From Candidatus Saccharimonadales bacterium (GTDB taxonomy: Bacteria > Patescibacteriota > Saccharimonadia > Saccharimonadales > 2-12-FULL-41-12), in assembly GCA_041600715.1 (NCBI GenBank), contig JBFIJM010000003.1:3345-67344 (forward strand): a DNA stretch of 64,000 nt. The letters run 5' to 3'. The notes under the pieces are model-generated. The model was not told the DNA's origin. It saw nothing but the letters and a program-made list of their open reading frames with translations, and did not search any database. The position numbers and the translations under genes are program-made. Below, piece by piece: positions 54,639 through 63,908 of this stretch. The first letter of the stretch is position 1; every line of letters starts with the position of its first letter.

Positions 54639-56921
54639 ATGAAGACTTTTGAACACATCACGAAATATGCAAACAAAAGACGTACTGAAGCTCTTGATAA
54701 AAAAAATCCTACGTTTGGTGAGGAACATAAAGGGCTTATCAAACTAAAGGACTTGTGTAAATTTATGAAAAATAGACCATTTCTTATGGATTTAGGGAAA
54801 ATCACGCAGAGACAATCTCCATATTTATTTATAGATGGAGTTTCTAAACACATGGATACATTTGAAAGATATAATTCGGATAATTACGTCTTTAACGAGA
54901 ATGGATGTAAAGCTGTGGAGAATATATTAGACTATATCTTATATCAATGGATGGGTAACGTCTCTCCAAAAACATATTTACACGATAAAGGAGCAGTTGT
55001 CGCAGGTGGTCTAATCTTAAACGTTCTAAAGGCTTTTAGTAATTGGTGCCGCGATACTAGCTCCGCTATGGAAATATACACATATGATAGAATGCCATGT
55101 GAAGAAGTAGATGTACCACGAAAAACGTTTCCCCATATTCGAGGAAAGAAGCATATAAAAAGAAAAGGTACTAAACAAGTATTAGATTGCAACTATTTCT
55201 ACGAAATAGATAATATATTGGGTCAAATTCCTAGTAATGTTGATATTGACATATTTATGAAAGATCTCAACGTGCTTACCGACCCTTCACTTGACAACCC
55301 TCTTAATCTATCCCAACTCGGCCGACCACCCGTAACAAAAACCTCGGGGAAATCTACTGGTGATTCAGTTAGCTCGACTAAAACCCGTCCATGCAAAAAA
55401 ACGAGACAACCCCCGATATCTGATGATGAATATGCCAGTGACGACGAATATGCCAGTGACGACGAATATGCCAGTGACGACGAATATGCCAGTGATAATA
55501 TATCTGATAATGTCAGTAATTGGCGATCAAAAAATGTTGACCTGTATCAACGTGTAGAATTCGTAACTATAAGGGGGGAAAGATCTATAACAGCGGTCTC
55601 TAATAAAGAACTAACAATGCCCTTACAATATGTACTTGGTACGTATAAAACTGTCAGCTCCCTTCTTTACCTCTTTGATATTCCGATGAGTGCTATGGCA
55701 TATGACGGTGTCGATTTATGGATGACTTACGAGGCTGCTATAGAATATTTTCATAATATAGTTTTTGCAAACGTAGAAAGGATGTCGATCAACTATGATA
55801 ACCGCCTGTTAAAGTATTGTATGTTTAAAAAATGCAACATATTCATAGGTCAATATATACCTACTGATCGGGCTAAGCACTTAAAATTGGTGTCGACCCT
55901 TTGCGTTAATACCGCGTCTGCGCCTTCGAAACATCTACGCAAATCGCTGAAAATTGCAGCATCAATAGATAAGGAACTCCCAACTAAACCAAAAGATTTC
56001 GGAGAAGGTGTTGAGTTTTTATTAAACAGTTTACTTGCACATTTAGCGAACCCCGAGTGCCCCCATGTTTTTAACAGCTTCTATACTGATAATACTAGTG
56101 GTGATTTTTACGGTAATAGAAGTATGTTGCTAAAAAATTCTATCAGACTTTTTAAAACGACCAGAATTTTTAATATAAATAGTATGTCCTTTAGCGGCAA
56201 ATATGGCGGGAACACTCTCGCAGAAATATTTAACTACGTGTCTAATATAGATACTAGTTATGACAAAAGATGGTTGTTAAATAAATGGGCAAGTATCTCT
56301 GAAAGTTCAAAGGAAACTCTATCATATGGTGAATTTATCTTCAATATTTCGAAAGATATTCTGAAAAAATTTAGAGCTGTGAACTTAGGACCGATAGACA
56401 CATCAGCAACTATATACGACATGCGTGCAGGGTCGATAGATATGGTCACCGGTCGAAAAATAAAATGGGATGGGTATGACGTTAGTGATTTTGCAAGATT
56501 TCCCAAGCCTGTGGCGCTTGATATATTTCGGTATATGCAAAGTAACACTATTATTAATCTCCACGATGTGCTCAAGACATATAACCTCAATATTTATGAT
56601 TTTAACAAGAAAAGACAAATTAACATTGAAGCTGCTCAAAACCACTTAAATAGAATAGATCGCGAAAAAAGAGAAATACGCAGCATGTTAATCAATAATA
56701 TGGATGGCGATGGGAAGTGGAACCCTGCGCCTGTTGAAGACTTATATTCCGACGACGACCATCTGGATACTGATAGTAAAACCAAATCTTTCGAGGATAA
56801 GTTCCTTCGGATGATAAGTCCCCTTTCGACTATTCATCTGGAAGACAACCCTAGTGAAGGTAAAAATATTGTTGTATCTGACAACGATGACGGCGACAAG
56901 ATGTGTGAGTTAGTCGATTAA
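54639..56921 (+). CDS. hypothetical 760-aa protein with a nucleotidyltransferase-like GG...D(I)D signature and a (DDEYAS)n repeat. ASFV C717R position is possible but untested.
   Basis: GAVVAGGLILNVL ... SNVDIDIFM; the repeat is at 55422-55493. Confidence 0.35.
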   Translation: MKTFEHITKYANKRRTEALDKKNPTFGEEHKGLIKLKDLCKFMKNRPFLMDLGKITQRQSPYLFIDGVSKHMDTFERYNSDNYVFNENGCKAVENILDYILYQWMGNVSPKTYLHDKGAVVAGGLILNVLKAFSNWCRDTSSAMEIYTYDRMPCEEVDVPRKTFPHIRGKKHIKRKGTKQVLDCNYFYEIDNILGQIPSNVDIDIFMKDLNVLTDPSLDNPLNLSQLGRPPVTKTSGKSTGDSVSSTKTRPCKKTRQPPISDDEYASDDEYASDDEYASDDEYASDNISDNVSNWRSKNVDLYQRVEFVTIRGERSITAVSNKELTMPLQYVLGTYKTVSSLLYLFDIPMSAMAYDGVDLWMTYEAAIEYFHNIVFANVERMSINYDNRLLKYCMFKKCNIFIGQYIPTDRAKHLKLVSTLCVNTASAPSKHLRKSLKIAASIDKELPTKPKDFGEGVEFLLNSLLAHLANPECPHVFNSFYTDNTSGDFYGNRSMLLKNSIRLFKTTRIFNINSMSFSGKYGGNTLAEIFNYVSNIDTSYDKRWLLNKWASISESSKETLSYGEFIFNISKDILKKFRAVNLGPIDTSATIYDMRAGSIDMVTGRKIKWDGYDVSDFARFPKPVALDIFRYMQSNTIINLHDVLKTYNLNIYDFNKKRQINIEAAQNHLNRIDREKREIRSMLINNMDGDGKWNPAPVEDLYSDDDHLDTDSKTKSFEDKFLRMISPLSTIHLEDNPSEGKNIVVSDNDDGDKMCELVD

Positions 56922-56934
56922 CACTCAAGATTTA

Positions 56935-56941
56935 TTTTTTT
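56935..56941 (+). terminator. T7 tract
   Basis: It lies 13 nt after the stop at 56921. Confidence 0.5.
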
Positions 56942-56970
56942 AACCCATTAGACTTTTTACATCTATATAT

Positions 56971-58353
56971 ATGCAGTTTTACAAGGAAGAATTCTTTGAA
57001 GACCTGGTTCTTAAGAATAATGTCTACAAGGATATTATTAACGACGCCTTGGAAGTCGTTAAGAGATTTATTATCGAGCGTAAGTTGATATTGGTCGGCG
57101 GAATGGCCATCGACATGGCAATGAGAGCTCGTGGATCAAGGTTATATGAAAACGATGATATGTTGCCCGATTATGATTTCCTATCTCCCGACTTTCATAA
57201 TGATGCATACGACCTGGCTCTTATCCTTGATAAAAAGAAATTTCCACAAGTACAAGTCATAAATGCAAGACATATGTCAACTATGCGGGTACGAGTAAAT
57301 TTTGAAGTAGTCGCTGACATAACATACATACCAAAAAGCATGTTTGACAAACTTCCATTCATCAAATATCGAGGGTTTAAGGTTGTACATCCACATTACC
57401 AGATTATTGACCAACACGTATCGTTATCTAGACCATATGAAGGCGCGCCTCAAGAAAATATAACAGGGGGTCGTTGGAAAAAAGATATGACCAGGCATAA
57501 TATTATAGTTTCTGTTTATCCCATTGATAATAGTGCTAATAATTCACCCGATGGATCAAAAATACTATTTAAATTTCCCTCCGCTTTATTAAAAGACCAG
57601 TGTGTCGGTGGATTCGCCGCATTAGAATACTGGAACCGAAAAGCTACCCTTATGGGGGCTACCGGATTTCCTAACACGATTAAACTAGGCAAAATGTTTG
57701 AATGTCTAGCTTATGAGTTTATACTATACAGCGACGATCCTGAACAGATCGCAAACACTTTTTTAAAATTATTAAATGTCGGACCAAAGATTAAAGAGTC
57801 AAAGATAAAGCTTGTTCGGTATAAAAGTCTTCTAGAAAAAGTACCACGTAGTATACATGTTGAAGGTAAAGGCATAATAATATTCGATACATACGCGAGC
57901 AAACTCGCTGCACATAAGAGTAAGCTTCATAATATGTATTTTGCTAACCCACAAACTATCATGGTACATATGCTAACTGAATGGGTCGTTAATAAAAGTG
58001 TACAACATCTACAGGGGTACTTACTGGCAAAAAAATTAGTATCCTGGGCAAGCGTTGAATTTGGCAAGGGAAAAAATACGAACTTATACATGCCATTTTT
58101 ACCAACTCATGAAACATATGGAGAAGTTAACTGGTCACATAATTATATCCTTTACAGGAAGCAATTTGTTGATATGATTGATGGAAAAAAAACCCCCCGA
58201 CCAACACCGCCACCATTATATAATGAAAATCTAAAAAAATCAATCGCTGAGATGCGTAAATTTAAACCAAGCGAGTCCGAATTATATCAATTTGACGGTG
58301 GTCCTGTCGAAGGAAACAAGATATTTGAAAGGGTCAAACTTGCAGGGGAATAA
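56971..58353 (+). CDS. Pol-beta-superfamily nucleotidyltransferase, probable poly(A) polymerase catalytic subunit (ASFV C475L class)
   Basis: LILVGGMAIDMAMRARGS...LPDYDFLSP gives GG ... DxD. The size is 460 aa and the gene neighbours the TFIIB and RPB6 genes, as in ASFV. Confidence 0.5.
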   Translation: MQFYKEEFFEDLVLKNNVYKDIINDALEVVKRFIIERKLILVGGMAIDMAMRARGSRLYENDDMLPDYDFLSPDFHNDAYDLALILDKKKFPQVQVINARHMSTMRVRVNFEVVADITYIPKSMFDKLPFIKYRGFKVVHPHYQIIDQHVSLSRPYEGAPQENITGGRWKKDMTRHNIIVSVYPIDNSANNSPDGSKILFKFPSALLKDQCVGGFAALEYWNRKATLMGATGFPNTIKLGKMFECLAYEFILYSDDPEQIANTFLKLLNVGPKIKESKIKLVRYKSLLEKVPRSIHVEGKGIIIFDTYASKLAAHKSKLHNMYFANPQTIMVHMLTEWVVNKSVQHLQGYLLAKKLVSWASVEFGKGKNTNLYMPFLPTHETYGEVNWSHNYILYRKQFVDMIDGKKTPRPTPPPLYNENLKKSIAEMRKFKPSESELYQFDGGPVEGNKIFERVKLAGE

Positions 58354-59290
58354 TAACATATTTGCTGGTTTTAGGATTTAGCAAAATCTGAATCTGCCCT
58401 GGACCGTTAAAATGTTTATTAAGAGCTAGTAAATGCATGTTTAATAAATGTTGATGGTGTAATATAAACTCGCAAGAAATCTTTTGAAAACTGCTTACAG
58501 CATCCATATCAAGCCAATGTGTATTATTGGATATAAAGTCTTCACTCAATGAATTATACTTAGGCACAATTACCTCCATAGATTCATGTGGTGATTCAGT
58601 TGCATCACCAATAATACCACATCCACCTCGTATACTTTGACCTTTCCAATAATTGCGGTAGCGACTAATAAAATATTCGGGTAGCGTACAATATTTTACA
58701 AGCAAATCCCAATATACTTGGTGGGTGTTTTCCTCTATAAATTGAAGAGTCAATGTATTAATCTGATATTTGCATATTAATTTCCAATTCATACATTGAC
58801 CATATGCTTTGATTAAATGTAAAGGAACAGTTTGAAATTGTAATAATGTATTGCAGTTGAATTTACCCCAGTACTTTTCGATATTCGTACTTGATATTTT
58901 TTTATTTCTCGCGTACCAATTCCAGTCGATAACTGAAGTATCTGAGAAAATATCAATAAAATCATCGGTATAATTTATCATTTTAACCCCGCAGTATTTT
59001 AGAACATGGCTGGAAGCTATCTCATTCTTAAATGTGTACAGAATAAAAGAATCTTTCACATAATTCGCCATCAAATATGCATCCCAATCCATCAAATGGG
59101 CGCACTTAATAATAACATCAAAACTCAGTGGTTGGCCTGAAGTAGTCTTCCAATCTAATTTATCCATGTATTGTAATATCGCCCCGCCAGAGAGGGGGTA
59201 TTTTGATATATATTCCCACCCGTAATACGCAAGAATGTCATTTTCAATATCTTTACATAGGAGTGTATTTCTTAGAGTAACTGGGTACAT
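58334..59290 (-). CDS. repeat protein with about 30-aa Trp-containing units (..FI....h(D/N)W...)
   Basis: Recurrent units MDKLDWKTTSGQPLSFDVII, LMDWDAYL, VIDWNWYARNKKISSTNI, CMNWKLICKYQINTLTLQFI, VYWDLLVKYCTLPEYFI and HWLDMDAVSSFQKISCEFI. Confidence 0.6.
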   Translation of the reverse strand: MYPVTLRNTLLCKDIENDILAYYGWEYISKYPLSGGAILQYMDKLDWKTTSGQPLSFDVIIKCAHLMDWDAYLMANYVKDSFILYTFKNEIASSHVLKYCGVKMINYTDDFIDIFSDTSVIDWNWYARNKKISSTNIEKYWGKFNCNTLLQFQTVPLHLIKAYGQCMNWKLICKYQINTLTLQFIEENTHQVYWDLLVKYCTLPEYFISRYRNYWKGQSIRGGCGIIGDATESPHESMEVIVPKYNSLSEDFISNNTHWLDMDAVSSFQKISCEFILHHQHLLNMHLLALNKHFNGPGQIQILLNPKTSKYVIIPLQV

Positions 59291-59420
59291 ACTATATATC
59301 AGCCGATTATACTATATATCAGCCGATTATACTATATATCAGCCGATTATACTATATATCAGCCGATTATACTATATATCAGCCGATTATACTATATATC
59401 AGCCAATTATACTACATCAG
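59291..59420. repeat. 20-nt tandem array (actatatatcagccgattat, 6.5 copies) abutting the ATG at 59290
   Basis: Direct reading. In gene sense each unit ends ..gatatatagt, and the proximal unit supplies the TATA-like box before the ATG. Confidence 0.95.
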
Positions 59421-59567
59421 AGAACAATTACTCCGCGTTAGTAACCTCACCCAGGCCTTTCTTGATTTTTAATAAAACCTCATCTTACTCATCTTATTAT
59501 ATATGAAAGATGTCAGTTAATTGATATGGGTGTGACTATTTGAATTCCCGTAAATTCTGTAAATATA

Positions 59568-59828
59568 TTATACCACATCAAGGTTTTGATCCGTTGGCTC
59601 AGTGCTTGTGAATGGTTGGTCACTTAGTGATTGACTACTAGGGTTAGATTTGTCTCCCCATAATTCTGTCAAACCCCAAACTATTAAGGCGATAACCCCA
59701 ACGATGATCAGAACTATTGCAATTTTTCCTGTTATCGTCGCCTCATTAAATTTATCTAGATTACCTCCTTTTTTTGTCTTAATGCATGGTTGGCATTTTT
59801 TTGAGTGGCGCTTTGCTCTAGAAGGCAT
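59568..59828 (-). CDS. small type II membrane protein with a basic N-terminus
   Basis: MPSRAKRHSKKCQPCIKTKKGG.. followed by IAIVLIIVGVIALIVWGL. Confidence 0.55.
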   Translation of the reverse strand: MPSRAKRHSKKCQPCIKTKKGGNLDKFNEATITGKIAIVLIIVGVIALIVWGLTELWGDKSNPSSQSLSDQPFTSTEPTDQNLDVV

Positions 59829-59868
59829 GGTTTATATTTTAAAAAGAATCATTAATGTAAATATTTAT

Positions 59869-61068
59869 TCATCCCCGTCGGCCGTCTTTGAGACGAGCAA
59901 CAAATCCCTCGATAGCAGTGGTTAGAGGATTTGTGTCGGGCTGAACAGTCTGTTGCGAACCTTCTTCCACAATTGCATCGTAGAAAATAGTAGTCACGGC
60001 ATTACCAGTTTTTTCAAACATCTTGTATTGTAATTGTCCATTATCAGCCCATGAAATTTCAACAGCTCCCCCCTGAGATCCGATATAAGAAACTGGGTAT
60101 TTGGTAGAAGATGCTTGCTCGGATAGAAAATTATCCTTCAACACCGTAGTGATGTTAAGTCGAGTGTTGTTAACAAATATGTTTAATGTCGGGTAGTAGT
60201 CGTCCATGTCTGGATAATTAGCGAAAAGTTCGCCGTTTACAAAGGTCGCGGACCCCCTGAACTTCCCCCTCATTTTGACAACTTCAGGATGAGGTTTATC
60301 AGAACTGCTTACGTGTGTTGGCGCATCTTCTCCTGGCACGGTATCGCCACCAACAATACCTCGTCGTCCACGCGCAGCAACCGTGTCATCGGGTAAAAGT
60401 TCCAATTGTTTTCGAATACCATATGGCAAATCGTTCATATGTTTTGGGTTATTAAGCAGACCTGTAGGGGGAACTTTGTTTACCTTCCATGATTTAGAAG
60501 CGTCTTCCTTACTACTTACCTGCAGAGTTCCAACGTCACTAAGAGTTAATTCTAGGGGAGTGGCCGTTTCATCAGAGACTAGCGCAACGATAGGATAGTT
60601 TTTTGCCGGCGAAACAGTGTCTACTCCGTCAACAGTTACCAATACTTGACGAGGCTGTCCCTCGACCTCATCCAATAATACAATATCAACTAGATGTTGC
60701 TCAGAGGAGGATTCGACTATACCAGTATTAACGGTGTTTGGACCATCGCCAGCAACCCCTTCTAGAGTTTCGGCGTTCTTCTGCCTGACAGTAAATCCTG
60801 CCAACAGAGATCCTGATGATCCAATAACGTAAGTCCCCTCTAAGTCTGCGACTCTAGGGTCAACATCTGTTTTAGCTGTTTTAAATAATATGATGATAAC
60901 AACGACTATGCATACCGCAATAATAAGATATGCCCAAAATTTGCTATCTTTCTGTTCGGTATCAAATGGTGCCGACGGTGCCGACGGTGCCGACGGTGCT
61001 GATGCGTATGGGTTGGTCGGCGGTGGTGCCGATACTAAGGGTGAGTATGTCGGGTAAGAATCTTCCAT
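59869..61068 (-). CDS. single-pass membrane protein with a Pro-rich N-terminus and a large C-terminal domain
   Basis: PPPTNPYASAPSAPSAPSAP, then FWAYLIIAVCIVVVIIILF, then a domain of about 330 aa; tatctatatagtt lies before the ATG. Confidence 0.6.
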   Translation of the reverse strand: MEDSYPTYSPLVSAPPPTNPYASAPSAPSAPSAPFDTEQKDSKFWAYLIIAVCIVVVIIILFKTAKTDVDPRVADLEGTYVIGSSGSLLAGFTVRQKNAETLEGVAGDGPNTVNTGIVESSSEQHLVDIVLLDEVEGQPRQVLVTVDGVDTVSPAKNYPIVALVSDETATPLELTLSDVGTLQVSSKEDASKSWKVNKVPPTGLLNNPKHMNDLPYGIRKQLELLPDDTVAARGRRGIVGGDTVPGEDAPTHVSSSDKPHPEVVKMRGKFRGSATFVNGELFANYPDMDDYYPTLNIFVNNTRLNITTVLKDNFLSEQASSTKYPVSYIGSQGGAVEISWADNGQLQYKMFEKTGNAVTTIFYDAIVEEGSQQTVQPDTNPLTTAIEGFVARLKDGRRG

Positions 61069-61148
61069 AACTATATAGATAAAAAAATAATAAGCCTAAT
61101 AAACATATTCATTTATGATTTGACAAAGCACGTCAGGCATATAAATTT

Positions 61149-61486
61149 CTAGAGGCGTCTGAAAAATCTGGAACAAATATTTATAACGCGGTTGATTTTT
61201 TTATTTTGGTCAATCTCTATCTTAGCTGTAAGAGCTATAATTGTTTCAAAATTATCAGTATTGATCTCTAACATCCTCATTAAGTACGATATTTGATCAT
61301 CTACGTGTTTATATTTATCAACGATTTTCTTTCGTATAATCGTTCAACATACGCATCCTCGTACTGTGTAATTTTATCAAACAACAGAGTAGTCTGCAAA
61401 AATGTTAACGCCTCCATAACAAACCTTTCCACGCCAATATACGGAGCAACGGACTTAAAGTGATCACATGTTCGAAGTCATAACAC
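61149..61486 (-). pseudogene. frameshifted remnant of a small helical-protein gene
   Basis: My translation gives frame A, 61477-61301 (..MEALTFLQTTLLFDKITQYEDAYVERLYERKSLININT*), and frame B, 61343-61149 (..IVDKYKHVDDQISYLMRMLEINTDNFETIIALTAKIEIDQNKKINRVINICSRFFRRL*). They overlap around an AAAGAAAA run, in an otherwise ORF-free gap of 484 nt. Confidence 0.4.
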
Positions 61487-61552
61487 GGTCATCTTTTAAT
61501 TTTTATATAGTTAAAACATAGAATCAATAATCGATCCATTATATTGTAAAAA

Positions 61553-62809
61553 ATGAATACATGGTGTATATATACAATGCTATCGTTTGAGATACCACCC
61601 CAGACGTCGGCGATTGAATCGTTAAATATCAATGGATACACTGGCGTGTCTGGTAAAGCAAATATGAGTAAAAAATATGCTAAATTACAAATTGATCTTG
61701 CCAATGCAAAAACTCTCCTTGATGAACCATATAAAAATCCCATCGCAGGTAAACTAATGGGATTTTTCGAACCCTTTAAACATGCAAAAAGACAATTTGC
61801 CAAAGAGTATAAAACCTTTAATATCAATAATGCCTGGTTGAAAATTATTGAAATATACAACTACTACCCGGAAATATGGAATGTGACAGGGGTCGAATCG
61901 AAGGCAAAAACGAAAGAGGCAAGATATTTTGATAATGCGGCGTTCCCAGGTAGTTTTATCATAGCAACTCATCATTATGTCAGCGGATTGCGACCACCAA
62001 GAAAACTAATATGGAATGCATCGAGTCTCGTTGATCCTATTGACATTAACAAAAAACCCCTGGCTGATATGTATGGATTATATGAGGCATATCCTAAAAA
62101 ATGGACAATGACCAAAGATAATAATGGTGACGTAACGGATGTTAAAAATATCAAACATACACTTAAATATATTAAAAAACCCGTGCAAGTGTATACATCA
62201 GACCTTGGGTTTGGTGTATCTGAGGATTATAATAAACAAGAAGAACTGCATATGCTTGCGAACTTTGGACAAATAATCTCCGGATTATACCTCTTGCAGG
62301 ATGGTGGAAATTTAATCACTAAACAATATACTTATTTTCATCCATCAACAATAGCCATGATCGCGCTATTATCCGGATTGTTTAAGAAATTCTATATCTG
62401 CAAGCCACACACTAGCAAAGAAGATAATTCAGAAATCTACCTTGTAGGTTTGGGACTGGACAAAAAAACATACGGAGCAATAAAAGACAAGTTATTTGAC
62501 CTGCTAGAATCCAGAGACGTCACCAAACCAATACTTAAAAGTAAAAAATACACACCTGCATTCAAAGCAATGATCGAAGAATCCGCAAACCAAATATACA
62601 CGAGGCAAATAAAAAAAATAGAATACAACGTCTTTCTCTTCAACAAAATTATAGAAAAGACAGGAAATAATATATCACAAGCGTCAAAACTTGCCCTTAA
62701 AATATTAGATAGATATATTCGGAGCGAAGTCGAGAAGTGGAAGCAAGCAAATCCTATTAGGCCTTTAACAGTGCCTCATCTGAAGATGCGTAATACATAT
62801 TATCAATAG
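61553..62809 (+). CDS. FtsJ/RrmJ-like 2-prime-O-methyltransferase (ASFV EP424R class)
   Basis: FDNAAFPGSFIIATHHY (SAM-binding motif I-like), YTSDLGFG and LITKQY; 418 aa. Confidence 0.65.
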   Translation: MNTWCIYTMLSFEIPPQTSAIESLNINGYTGVSGKANMSKKYAKLQIDLANAKTLLDEPYKNPIAGKLMGFFEPFKHAKRQFAKEYKTFNINNAWLKIIEIYNYYPEIWNVTGVESKAKTKEARYFDNAAFPGSFIIATHHYVSGLRPPRKLIWNASSLVDPIDINKKPLADMYGLYEAYPKKWTMTKDNNGDVTDVKNIKHTLKYIKKPVQVYTSDLGFGVSEDYNKQEELHMLANFGQIISGLYLLQDGGNLITKQYTYFHPSTIAMIALLSGLFKKFYICKPHTSKEDNSEIYLVGLGLDKKTYGAIKDKLFDLLESRDVTKPILKSKKYTPAFKAMIEESANQIYTRQIKKIEYNVFLFNKIIEKTGNNISQASKLALKILDRYIRSEVEKWKQANPIRPLTVPHLKMRNTYYQ

Positions 62810-62846
62810 TCCACAGAAGTACCCATAATTTTAATTCCATATAAAT

Positions 62847-62857
62847 AAAAATTGAAT
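62847..62857 (+). promoter_or_regulatory. AAAAATTGAAT motif
   Basis: The TTGA core is 31 nt upstream of the ATG at 62887. Confidence 0.5.
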
Positions 62858-62886
62858 CAATAATATCTATTATTACAAGTATCAAG

Positions 62887-63885
62887 ATGCGCCAAGGTTC
62901 CTCGCAATATTCTCAACAATACCGTCAAAATTATAATAACGGTAGTGGTGGAGGTCCTTTACGCAGCGGAAATACCGCTCTAGCTTACGAGCCAGCACAT
63001 ATCCCAGCACATAACTATCATCGTCACTATGATCCCCGACGCAATGGTGGAAGGGCTGAAGCTAATGGTATGGGTTCATGGGTTTCTACATCGACTAGTC
63101 AGGTCAGTCGAGACAGTCGAGACAGTCGAGACAGTCGAAGTGGTCCTCCTCGTAATAACCGAGGACCGCCGAGAAATAACGGACGTAAGTTTAGACACAG
63201 CGTACCTCCTTTGATCCCTCAAAGGCTAAGTGATATATTTGAATTCATACAATCTTGTAAGTTTGTCACTGATCAGACTCCGACAGATGAGGCATTTCAA
63301 TCATTTCTAGCAGCATTAAACGATGCCCAAGCCGCTAGCGCTGAGGAAGAGTTCTCCAGAAGAACAGTCTTCGAGTTGGTTCATGTTCCAGGAAACGGTG
63401 AAGAATTAACGTTTATGCACCTCATTCGATCTAATCCCCGGTTTAATAAGTTTATTCTTTGGACTATCGCACCGACAATCGTAACGTGGTTTAAGTTAGA
63501 AGATAAAGTCAAGCTTCAATGGGATGGCAAGCGTAATCGATATTATGGTCGGCTTGTGAATAATAGTAGCGAAACCCCGCAGGTAGACTCTAGTAAGTCT
63601 AAATCTCCATCTAGCAAACTTCCTGATCATACAGGACTCCCGTCATTCGAAGAGATTCAAATGATGATCAAAGTAAAAGAACAAGTTGACGAGGTTAAAG
63701 ACGCTGAGCAAGAGCAAGAAACATCTACTGAACAAGAAACATCTACTGAGCAAGAAACGAATTCTAAAATTAAGGTAGTCGGGAAGAAAAAGACTCATCC
63801 GATCAAAAAGGTGATGAAAAAAGATGATGATGATGATGATGATGATGAAGATGAAGATGAAGATGAAGAAGAAGATGAAGAATAA
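62887..63885 (+). CDS. hypothetical protein with an RG/SRD-repeat N-terminus and a poly-acidic tail
   Basis: 332-aa ORF with (SRD)n at 63106-63135, a (TSTEQE) repeat, and a tail DDDDDDDDEDEDEDEEEDEE. Confidence 0.6.
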   Translation: MRQGSSQYSQQYRQNYNNGSGGGPLRSGNTALAYEPAHIPAHNYHRHYDPRRNGGRAEANGMGSWVSTSTSQVSRDSRDSRDSRSGPPRNNRGPPRNNGRKFRHSVPPLIPQRLSDIFEFIQSCKFVTDQTPTDEAFQSFLAALNDAQAASAEEEFSRRTVFELVHVPGNGEELTFMHLIRSNPRFNKFILWTIAPTIVTWFKLEDKVKLQWDGKRNRYYGRLVNNSSETPQVDSSKSKSPSSKLPDHTGLPSFEEIQMMIKVKEQVDEVKDAEQEQETSTEQETSTEQETNSKIKVVGKKKTHPIKKVMKKDDDDDDDDEDEDEDEEEDEE

Positions 63886-63908
63886 GAATAGTAATAAATA
63901 TGTGTTAA

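Noticed and set aside
59291-59420. Regularly spaced 20-nt direct repeats that could be mistaken for a CRISPR array
   Set aside because: The units are strictly contiguous with no spacers, the sequence is eukaryotic-virus-like, and there are no cas genes. It is a plain tandem repeat.
61489-61860. A 123-aa minus-strand ORF overlapping the 5-prime end of the methyltransferase gene
   Set aside because: It is antisense to a well-supported gene with a hydrophobic junk-like sequence. The real signal in this area is the frameshifted remnant further left.
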